The translations under genes were made by a program, and so were the position numbers. A DNA stretch of 64,000 nt, from sequence record NC_027402.1. One strand, written 5' to 3'. The notes under the pieces are model-generated. The model was not told the origin of the DNA. It made no database searches and saw nothing but the letters and a program-made list of their open reading frames with translations. This document shows positions 8,105-15,973 of the stretch, piece after piece. Each line of letters opens with the position of its first letter. Position 1 is the stretch's first letter.

Positions 8105-10405
8105 ATGAAAGATACCCGTATCGCTAGTCTGGACCAGCTGGTTCAGCAGGGCAATGCTCTGGTCGCTGCTGCCAAGGCAGGCTCTTCCGCTAATGACGTA
8201 TGGCAAACCGTAGCCGTTGGCGAATCTGTACGTAAAAATGCTGCCGGCTTCACCAACCTGCGTGACACTGCTCAGCAGCACTACGAAGCTGTAAACCCTG
8301 GCAAAACCATGAGCCACGCTGCTCAGGTTGCTTCTGCGATGATTCTGGCTGCTGCCGGTCACGAAGATGACTTCATGACCCGTGTTGCTGCTGAGAGCGC
8401 GAAGCCGGAATACGCCAGCTATATGCCGATCGCTATTTCTGGTGCAGCATCTCTGGCTGCTGACTACGGTAAAACTCCGCTGGTCGCAACCGAATACTAC
8501 ACCAACAAAGACCTGGACAAAAACCTGGGTCTGACCTGGACGCTGAACGTGCGTGCTCTGGAAACTCAATCCAAGTTTGCAGAGACCCTGTTCCCGACCA
8601 TCACTGTGGACACCAACGACGTCGGCATCACCGTTCGTACCAAAGTTACTACTGTAACTCGTGGTATCCTGAACGCCCTGCTGACCAAAGACGTGGTTGA
8701 AGACAACCGTCAGCCGCTGCATAACGCGCTGTCTAACCACAAAGTCCTGCAGGACGATGCTATCCGTATCGTACCTTACGTGATGGAAACCGGTGAGAAC
8801 GCGAAGTTCTTCGTATCCGAAGACATCATCGAAAACGAAAACGTTCAGCTGGGTCGTGTGCCGGCGTATCCGACCAACTACCTGAGCTTCTCTGAGCGTC
8901 GTCTGAACCTGTTCCAGCTGTCTGCCCATCCGGGTATCGTGCAGGAAGGTTACGATGAAACCGACGAAATCGCACCGGGTGCAGCGCTGGGTAGCCTGCT
9001 GCTGTCTGTGCGTAAGCCGACCGAAGAAGCGAAAGATGGTGCGCTGATCAAACTGAACGTACGCGACATGCAGTTCGCTACCTTCCAGCGTCCTCCTGAA
9101 GGTGATGGCCGTGAGCTGGTCCTGCAGTTCCGTCGCACTGTGTTCTCCCTGAACGCCAAGTCTCTGGACTGGAAAGGTGCTGAAATCCCGGCACTGGCCG
9201 CTCTGGCACAGAACGATTACACCATTCGTTATTCCATGAACATCAGCATGTCTCTGTTCACCAACGGTCAGTTCTCTGGTCGTGTTGACGTGACTGCACC
9301 GTCTCTGGAAATCGAAGGTCTGTACGACGCAACTGGTACTGCTGTTGATATCGAAAGCGGCACCGGCAAAGTCATCATCGACAACCTGAAACTGGAGCTG
9401 CTGGGCTGGCGCTTCGACGGTACTCGTACCAACGAGAACCGGAGAACCCAGGGCCTTCTGCTCGACCCGATTTGGGAACAAGAGAACTACAAACTGCAGT
9501 ACGGTTCTCCGATCATGACCAAATCTCCGGTTGGCGTTGAATACGACGACACCGAACGTCTGGACGACCTCGTTTCTGCGGTTAACATCCGTAACGAAAT
9601 GCTGGCTATCACTCAGACTCTGTCTTACACCGAAGCGGTTAAGAACGCAGCTGCGTCCATGATCACTCCGTGGGACAAACCTGCTATCCGCGGCCTGGGC
9701 CGTCACTGGGTTGCTCCGTGGTACAGCGAAAGCGACTACGAAGTGGACAAAGTGATCCAGTCTCTGGATACCAAAGATGCGCTCATCAACGCTCGTCAGG
9801 GTCTGGTACAGCGTATCGGTGACCAGGTAACTCGTGCTATCCAGGACTCTCGCTTCATGCCGGCTCTGCGCCTGCTGACTGCGGACCCGAACGCACTGCC
9901 GAAAGTTGTTATCGCAACTGACGAACCGACTGCTGCAATGCTGCTGCTGGTTCAGGGTGACCAGCGTCTGCTGGGCGATCGCTACGAGTACGAAGTTATC
10001 ACCACCAACGATGACCGCTGGCGTGTGAAGAACGAAGCTGACGGCAGCTGGACTCGCCGCCTGCAGTGGGTTCTGAAAGTTCCAACCGCTGACGATGGTT
10101 CTTACTGTGTTCTGAACTGGGGTAACCACTTCTGGTCTCCGATCATGGTAACCAACATCAACATCCAGCGTAACGGCGCTACCAGCAAAGAGCTGGCAGT
10201 ACAGCCTCGTAACGCGCACATCTGCCACTGCCCGATCACTGGTCTGATCTGGATTAAAGGTATCACCAAGTTCGTGGAAGAGAAACTGGCGTTCAACGTC
10301 ACTACTACTTCCAACGGTACTGGCGGTACTAATGGCGGTAATGCGGGTGATGTTGGCGGCGGCGCTACCCAGCCAGGTACTGGCGGTGAAGGCGCTGGCG
10401 GCTAA
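8105..10405 (+). CDS. Major capsid protein (phiKZ gp120/SPN3US gp75 type)
   Basis: 766 aa; extreme codon bias; Ala-rich propeptide ending in ATE-130; ETLFPTITV motif; Gly-rich C-terminus. Confidence 0.92.
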   Translation: MKDTRIASLDQLVQQGNALVAAAKAGSSANDVWQTVAVGESVRKNAAGFTNLRDTAQQHYEAVNPGKTMSHAAQVASAMILAAAGHEDDFMTRVAAESAKPEYASYMPIAISGAASLAADYGKTPLVATEYYTNKDLDKNLGLTWTLNVRALETQSKFAETLFPTITVDTNDVGITVRTKVTTVTRGILNALLTKDVVEDNRQPLHNALSNHKVLQDDAIRIVPYVMETGENAKFFVSEDIIENENVQLGRVPAYPTNYLSFSERRLNLFQLSAHPGIVQEGYDETDEIAPGAALGSLLLSVRKPTEEAKDGALIKLNVRDMQFATFQRPPEGDGRELVLQFRRTVFSLNAKSLDWKGAEIPALAALAQNDYTIRYSMNISMSLFTNGQFSGRVDVTAPSLEIEGLYDATGTAVDIESGTGKVIIDNLKLELLGWRFDGTRTNENRRTQGLLLDPIWEQENYKLQYGSPIMTKSPVGVEYDDTERLDDLVSAVNIRNEMLAITQTLSYTEAVKNAAASMITPWDKPAIRGLGRHWVAPWYSESDYEVDKVIQSLDTKDALINARQGLVQRIGDQVTRAIQDSRFMPALRLLTADPNALPKVVIATDEPTAAMLLLVQGDQRLLGDRYEYEVITTNDDRWRVKNEADGSWTRRLQWVLKVPTADDGSYCVLNWGNHFWSPIMVTNINIQRNGATSKELAVQPRNAHICHCPITGLIWIKGITKFVEEKLAFNVTTTSNGTGGTNGGNAGDVGGGATQPGTGGEGAGG

Positions 10406-10435
10406 TAATCCGTAAGGATTACGTTGCCTAAGATT

Positions 10436-10473
10436 AGCTTACTCCCTTCGGGGAGTAAGCTTTTTCTTTTTTT
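10436..10473 (+). terminator. Intrinsic terminator (UUCG loop)
   Basis: AGCTTACTCCC-ttcg-GGGAGTAAGCT then T run. Confidence 0.9.
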
Positions 10474-10482
10474 CTAAAAATT

Positions 10483-10506
10483 TATAGATAGATATTATCT
10501 TAGGGA
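10483..10506 (+). promoter_or_regulatory. Early-type promoter P2 (variant)
   Basis: AGATA-GATATTAT-CTTAGGGA, immediately after terminator. Confidence 0.65.
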
Positions 10507-10540
10507 GAGAGTCATTCGGTTTTAACTTAAGGAGACAGTA

Positions 10541-10684
10541 ATGGAAGTCAATTTAGAGAGATCAAGACTAGTTGCACCGATGTTTGATGGGCGCGGTTCT
10601 ATGGCGAACGGTCACCACGTTTGATACCCTAAAGTTTTTTACGTTAAGGGCACTGGGTATGAACCCGTGCCCAAAGTAATCTGA
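10541..10684 (+). pseudogene. Small ORF with in-frame TGA (27 aa, or 47 codons if read through)
   Basis: SD TAAGGAG; MEVNLERSRLVAPMFDGRGSMANGHHV*YPKVFYVKGTGYEPVPKVI*. Confidence 0.35.
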
Positions 10685-10704
10685 GATAGATATTATCTAC
10701 GTGA
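10681..10704 (+). promoter_or_regulatory. Early-type promoter P3 (variant)
   Basis: AGATA-GATATTAT-CTACGTGA. Confidence 0.6.
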
Positions 10705-10737
10705 ATAATTCTTTTGGTATTATTACTGGGATGTTCA

Positions 10738-11742
10738 ATGAACCGTTATGATTTAGACGTTCAGCCAACGCTAACCCAGCGGCCCATGCACCGTGGTGCC
10801 GTGTCGAAGACTATCACGTACGAAAATAATACCGGGTTTCCCATATACGTCACTGAACTCAGTGGCGGGCATTTTGTTTTAGCCCCGTCGTCCACCACAG
10901 CGGCGGAGTTTGGGATTGTGATTTACGTGACCTATACGGTGTTTGCGAACGGTGCGAACTTATCTGGTTTGCGCGACGCACATTCGCCGAAGCAGTATGC
11001 GCAGATATGTAAGGAATTAACTACGAACGGCGAAACGACGCTGATGTATGTAGTTGATGATATCGGTGCGTTAATGCGTGGCGACTTGGTGGTATTGAAG
11101 AAGCTAGGAATGGCTTTCTCTACCCAACCAGTAAAACTCGATTCTGAGGTTATTGGTAAGCCGGGAGGGGATCGTAAAGAATTTGCCTTGGGCGTGGTAG
11201 TTGTGCAGAAGTACGAAGACCCAGCACCTTTAAAGTGGCTGAGGTTCTATACAACGATGTTGGAAGTCGAACCGATTCGATCGAAGTATTACGACGAGGG
11301 TATTTACATGGTAATCGGTGGTGCGGAGTGTGTCGAAGGGGGTAAGATGATAATGTACGCTTTCGATGACCCGATGTCCCCGTTCCGGGCGTTTGCATCT
11401 GAAGATGAAGCGAGGCGTTATCGGTGGCTCGATAACATTCCAGAGTTGCGAGATGTTCGTGCGAAGCTGGAAGCCACGTATCAGGCCAAGTTGCAAGATC
11501 TCGATGAGAAAAAGAATCGGCAAGACCTCGATTATCGTACGCAACTTAATAATCTGGCGCTGGAGAAGGAGAGGATTAACACCCTTAACGCAATCCAGAC
11601 GAATGAGCTTAAGTTGCGTTCCGATGTTCGTAAAGACCAATACGAGTCCCGAGCTTATCAGCGAAAAGATAGCTCGGAGTTCTTGAAATCCATTCCCGCG
11701 TATTTGGCTGCAGGGGTAGCACTCGTTGGGATGATTCTCTGA
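10738..11742 (+). CDS. Hypothetical protein with C-terminal coiled coil and hydrophobic tail
   Basis: Heptad-like region then YLAAGVALVGMIL; start moved to ATG 10738. Confidence 0.75.
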   Translation: MNRYDLDVQPTLTQRPMHRGAVSKTITYENNTGFPIYVTELSGGHFVLAPSSTTAAEFGIVIYVTYTVFANGANLSGLRDAHSPKQYAQICKELTTNGETTLMYVVDDIGALMRGDLVVLKKLGMAFSTQPVKLDSEVIGKPGGDRKEFALGVVVVQKYEDPAPLKWLRFYTTMLEVEPIRSKYYDEGIYMVIGGAECVEGGKMIMYAFDDPMSPFRAFASEDEARRYRWLDNIPELRDVRAKLEATYQAKLQDLDEKKNRQDLDYRTQLNNLALEKERINTLNAIQTNELKLRSDVRKDQYESRAYQRKDSSEFLKSIPAYLAAGVALVGMIL

Positions 11743-11753
11743 GGGAGGCCGGT

Positions 11754-13532
11754 GTGTTTAAAGATGCGATTAGGAAGATTAAAGAGGCAGGCGAAATAGT
11801 GCCTTTTAATCGTGCAATTGCAGAAGGAGTTGGGTACACACAAGCTAAAGATGGGATACATGATCGTGTGGCAACCATTCTACGTCGCGAGTTGACGTAT
11901 GATGAAATCGATAACCCGAAATTACCAGAAGGGTTAACGGTATTAGGTTGTCGCCAAATGTCGCCGTTTGAAGCTTTTATCTTTAAGTTATCGAAGTCGG
12001 ATAACAATTCACGAAATAATCGTGGCCGGTCAATTATTAACATCTCATCCACTGACACGTATATGGTAATGGCCTCGTTCCGAGTTCCAGGTGATCCTCG
12101 CCCGGTGCAACGACCAATGAGCCTGCCGTTTATTCGTCGTGGCGGCTTAATGAACTACTATGGTACAACGTACCACGTAGCACCTGTAATCCATCAACCT
12201 GGTATATGTCGTGAGCACGGCGGTATCTTTATTAACTTTGACTTCACTCGCAAGGTGTCTATCAAGTTCTGTAAGAAACCAACGAAGATTCTGGTGAATG
12301 GTCGCCCTGAGCAGCTGTTCTTGCCAGGTACATCGAATCTGTTTGTCTCAACTGGACAGATTGGACACGACACCGATGAGAAGCCACTGATGTATTGGCT
12401 CTTTGGGCGTTATGGCTTTAAACAAGCCGTGAAACGTTATGCGGGCGTTGATGTGGCGATTTGGCCAGCGATTAAAGTACGTGATGTAGACTTAACGAAG
12501 TATGTGGTGATTCAATCCGGTGAGCCACAACTCGCGAAGACCATCCAGTACGTGCTGTTGGTTAAACGTGAAGATATGCCTAACACCGATGCAGGGCGTT
12601 GGGATCAAAACGAACATCTGTTGCTGGTAGCGACTGCCGCATTCTTCAAAGCAGCGCACTACTACGCAGGTAAACAGAACAGTAAGAACGGTCGTGCGCC
12701 AACATTACCGGGGCTGTTTACACAGATTAATGAAATGGCAATGGACGAAGATATTGCAAACCTCAACTCTGCAGCGTCTTGGCGTGAAGTGTTGGGCCGC
12801 AGTATTCGCGGACTGAAGCCTTCGGATATCGAACTGAGTCGCAGTATGGACAGCCACTTCCAGGAATGTGAACGCTATGTCAACAGCACCTTCCGTGGTG
12901 AGCTGATGGCAAACGATCCGTCCATCCCTGATGATTTGGATATGTTTGATTTCCTCTGGTATACCACGCAGCTGATGGTACGCACTCGACTTACCAAGCA
13001 AGATGATATTCCGTCTATGTACGGAAAACGTCTCACGGTAACCGATTACCTACTGTTGGGTCAACGTGGCTTTACCACAACGATCTCGAAAATACGTTGG
13101 AAGCTGGGGCAGTTGGAACATCGGACTCCAGAGACAGCGGCGAAGTCTATTCGAGACGCACTGAACAAACAGATCGTGCTCAATCTGGTGATGCGCACCA
13201 TTACGAGCAACGGCGGTATCAGTTTCTTCAATGCCTCTACAGAATCAATGGTATTGGCAGTGTCTACGCACGCCATCGGTCAAACCGAAACCGATGCTAA
13301 GCGTTCGAAGAAAGGAGGCAAGACCGTTAACTTGAACGACCGTACTAAGCACGCATCCGCGTCGCATCTGGAATGTGGTAACGTCTACTACATTCCTAAG
13401 TCGGCACCGTTTAAGGCGAACATCCTCAACCCGTACATGAAGACCAACCCAAGTTTGGTAATGATGCGGAATCCTAAACTGGACCCGTACATCAGACCGA
13501 CCGAAGAAGACATTGCTAAAATCGGCCGCTAA
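11754..13532 (+). CDS. Split multisubunit RNA polymerase beta-type subunit, non-virion RNAP (phiKZ gp123 type)
   Basis: 592 aa; LPFIRRGGLMNYYGTTYHVAPVI resembles the beta N-terminal region; position two genes after the capsid. Confidence 0.8.
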   Translation: MFKDAIRKIKEAGEIVPFNRAIAEGVGYTQAKDGIHDRVATILRRELTYDEIDNPKLPEGLTVLGCRQMSPFEAFIFKLSKSDNNSRNNRGRSIINISSTDTYMVMASFRVPGDPRPVQRPMSLPFIRRGGLMNYYGTTYHVAPVIHQPGICREHGGIFINFDFTRKVSIKFCKKPTKILVNGRPEQLFLPGTSNLFVSTGQIGHDTDEKPLMYWLFGRYGFKQAVKRYAGVDVAIWPAIKVRDVDLTKYVVIQSGEPQLAKTIQYVLLVKREDMPNTDAGRWDQNEHLLLVATAAFFKAAHYYAGKQNSKNGRAPTLPGLFTQINEMAMDEDIANLNSAASWREVLGRSIRGLKPSDIELSRSMDSHFQECERYVNSTFRGELMANDPSIPDDLDMFDFLWYTTQLMVRTRLTKQDDIPSMYGKRLTVTDYLLLGQRGFTTTISKIRWKLGQLEHRTPETAAKSIRDALNKQIVLNLVMRTITSNGGISFFNASTESMVLAVSTHAIGQTETDAKRSKKGGKTVNLNDRTKHASASHLECGNVYYIPKSAPFKANILNPYMKTNPSLVMMRNPKLDPYIRPTEEDIAKIGR

Positions 13533-13563
13533 TTATTACATCTCTTAAGGAGTATTATTTACA

Positions 13564-15240
13564 ATGAGCATTACTGTTGAACAAATCAAAAACGTCATCG
13601 TTAAACACCTCGATCAGGACGCGGTACTGTCGCAGTTGAATAACGTGATGCGTAGTCGTAGTATTCCGCCAGATCAGGCGTTAAAGATTGCGACGTATGT
13701 TGCGGCATGGGCAGCATCCAAAGGGGGTAGTGAAGCACAGGTTATCGCATATGCGGTCGATGCGTATAAAGCAGCTGCCTATCAGCAGGTGCATAACGCG
13801 GGCGACGCGTATAACGACGATCGTCACACCAAACTGGTTAATGCTTGGGAACAAGTCGGTAAGATTCTTGCCGAAATTCGTTCTCAGCAGTCCGGCGGTT
13901 TGGGTGGCAGCGGTGGTTTAGGTGGTGGTAGCAACGCAGGCGGGTTACTGGGCGGTAACAGTTCTGGCGGTGTCCGTGTTACTGATGGCCTGACCATGTC
14001 TTCTGCGCCATCCGGCGGCGTTAAGATTGGTAACACAGATGCGGCACTAACCGTGATTGCTGGCGGTGCAGGTCTTAACCTGGTTAGTGATCCTATCCTG
14101 AACCCACAACCGGCGCAAGTAGTCCCAGCCACAGCACAACAGCCCCAGCCTGAACCAGCACAGGTGCCTGTACAACCAATGCCGGTGTCTAATGCTACAG
14201 TTAATAACCCAGTGCTTTCCCCACTCGGCGCAACAGAAGAAACCGAGAAGGACACTACCAATGGCCCAATTAACAACATTCTGCAGGAGATTGATTTGAT
14301 GGAAGACTACGCACTTCACGAGCTGAAAACCCCCGAGCTTAAAATGTCGATTCCAGCGAAGGAAGCTAACAGTCGCATTAAGCAATCTGTTTACGCGGAA
14401 ACGCGTGATTGGGCTACACCGTTGCAAGATATCTTTAACGGTAATGAAGAGGTTGTTTTCTACGACGGGGCTGACCTGATTGTGCGTGCACGGGATAGCT
14501 ATCGCGCGTATCTGGTCGGTGTTAACACTGATATGTGCGAGCGTATGAAACAATTTGTTGCTAAGCACGACGCACTGAAATCCGATCTCGACAACCTGGC
14601 ACTGGTTGAAGATGTTGAAACTATCATGGCTAAGGTGAAGCGTACGATCGATGAACTGCGTAAGAACACGAAAGAACTGCACGAATATGCGATTGCGAAC
14701 AGCAGCGAAGCAGAAGTGGTTATCAGTGAAATTTCTCGCTTTGCTAATGCGTACCTGGCGAATATCACTTTCCTGGTACACAACGCGCTGTCGCTGGGCA
14801 CTAAGCGTGGTAAAGATGTGCCGAAGTTCAAAGCTATCGATTTCGAACGGAAAATCAGCGATATTGATTTCTTCGTAAAAGATCTGTTCACAGCAACCGC
14901 TGGCGACAACGGCGTAAGTGAATATGAAGACTGGTTCCGTGACCTGTTCCTGATGGTAGCAAACTCTCTGCGCAAACTGACTATCAAGCTGAGCGATTCT
15001 GGCAAGGTGGTTAATCTGATTCAGAGCCAGTTCACCATCGTGATTCCAGGCATGTACCATTCTGTTGATAAACACGACGTAGTTACGGTAGCGTCTCTGG
15101 GCAATACCGCAGACCCTGTTGTGTCTATCTACGAAGCAGTACAGGAAAACGTGCCACATGCAATTGTATTGATGCAGCTGCCGCAGCACACTTACTTGCT
15201 TCTGAGCAATGGTGAGAAAACTGCACCAGTGTTGTACTAA
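13564..15240 (+). CDS. Hypothetical two-domain protein with Gly-rich and Pro/Gln-rich linker
   Basis: SD TAAGGAG; GGLGGSGGLGGG and PQPAQVVPATAQQPQPEP linker. Confidence 0.8.
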   Translation: MSITVEQIKNVIVKHLDQDAVLSQLNNVMRSRSIPPDQALKIATYVAAWAASKGGSEAQVIAYAVDAYKAAAYQQVHNAGDAYNDDRHTKLVNAWEQVGKILAEIRSQQSGGLGGSGGLGGGSNAGGLLGGNSSGGVRVTDGLTMSSAPSGGVKIGNTDAALTVIAGGAGLNLVSDPILNPQPAQVVPATAQQPQPEPAQVPVQPMPVSNATVNNPVLSPLGATEETEKDTTNGPINNILQEIDLMEDYALHELKTPELKMSIPAKEANSRIKQSVYAETRDWATPLQDIFNGNEEVVFYDGADLIVRARDSYRAYLVGVNTDMCERMKQFVAKHDALKSDLDNLALVEDVETIMAKVKRTIDELRKNTKELHEYAIANSSEAEVVISEISRFANAYLANITFLVHNALSLGTKRGKDVPKFKAIDFERKISDIDFFVKDLFTATAGDNGVSEYEDWFRDLFLMVANSLRKLTIKLSDSGKVVNLIQSQFTIVIPGMYHSVDKHDVVTVASLGNTADPVVSIYEAVQENVPHAIVLMQLPQHTYLLLSNGEKTAPVLY

Positions 15241-15247
15241 GTAATAC

Positions 15248-15279
15248 GGAGACCTTCGGGTCTCCTATTATTATTTTTT
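15248..15279 (+). terminator. Intrinsic terminator (UUCG loop)
   Basis: GGAGACC-ttcg-GGTCTCC then T-rich. Confidence 0.8.
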
Positions 15280-15305
15280 ATTTTATCATGAAAAGGAGTA
15301 TTAAA

Positions 15306-15572
15306 ATGTCTAGTGTTGAAGCAGTAATCTATTTTGAAAACGATGGGGTCGCAGGGTGCGGCTTCCCGAAGACAGCTGGGGTTAAATCTCTGTTGGCAAA
15401 GTATAAAGAAGAGCTTAAGAAAACGGCAGGGCAGAACCCTGGCGTGCCACTGCGTAGTATTTTTCCTGAGATGGAGAAGGCTGCAAAAAATGATCCGGTG
15501 TTGGGTATGTTCTGCGGGATGATCAAAGAGCGATTCCCTGACATTGATAAGTACCACATTACACTGGCGTAA
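15306..15572 (+). CDS. Hypothetical protein (88 aa)
   Basis: SD AAGGAG before ATG 15306. Confidence 0.75.
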   Translation: MSSVEAVIYFENDGVAGCGFPKTAGVKSLLAKYKEELKKTAGQNPGVPLRSIFPEMEKAAKNDPVLGMFCGMIKERFPDIDKYHITLA

Positions 15573-15606
15573 TTATTATAGAGTAGCTCTATAATGAGGT
15601 TCGAGC

Positions 15607-15909
15607 ATGGTAAAGTTCATTGTTGTCAACATGGATTTTGAGCGTAGTGTGCGTTTTCGCTTTGAGTTACCTGAAAACAAAGCGACTGAAGCTTTCTTAG
15701 CCGACTTCCACAAAGCCAAAACCGCGATCAGTCATGGGCGTCGCTGGCAAATCTTCTATAACGCCCGTAAAGGCCTCCTGAAGGCGTTAAAAGCAGCAAA
15801 GGATACAAAGGTATTGGAAAAGCTAGAACCTTTCCAGAACGACCCTCTGGCGATTGGTATCATGCTCGACGAACTGGTTAATAAACCTAAAGCTGCTACA
15901 GAAGATTAA
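15607..15909 (+). CDS. Hypothetical protein (100 aa)
   Basis: SD GAGG. Confidence 0.75.
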   Translation: MVKFIVVNMDFERSVRFRFELPENKATEAFLADFHKAKTAISHGRRWQIFYNARKGLLKALKAAKDTKVLEKLEPFQNDPLAIGIMLDELVNKPKAATED

Positions 15910-15973
15910 AAAAAGAAAAGGCACCTCTCCCCGAAGGGAGAGGTAAACCTTATTTCTTTTTCTTTTTTTTTGT
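15909..15973. terminator. Bidirectional terminator between convergent genes
   Basis: A-tract, ACCTCTCCC-cgaa-GGGAGAGGT, T-tract. Confidence 0.85.

Noticed and set aside
8081-10228. 715-aa antisense ORF inside the major capsid gene
   Set aside because: It is in exact codon register with the capsid. It stays open because the highly expressed gene avoids TTA, CTA and TCA (antisense stops). It has no SD or protein-like features.
10622-10624. Possible genome-wide stop-codon reassignment
   Set aside because: All long genes are intact under the standard code, and TAA, TAG and TGA all end genes. This TGA is an isolated case.
14047-15189. 380-aa antisense ORF inside 13564-15240
   Set aside because: Same in-register codon-bias artefact.
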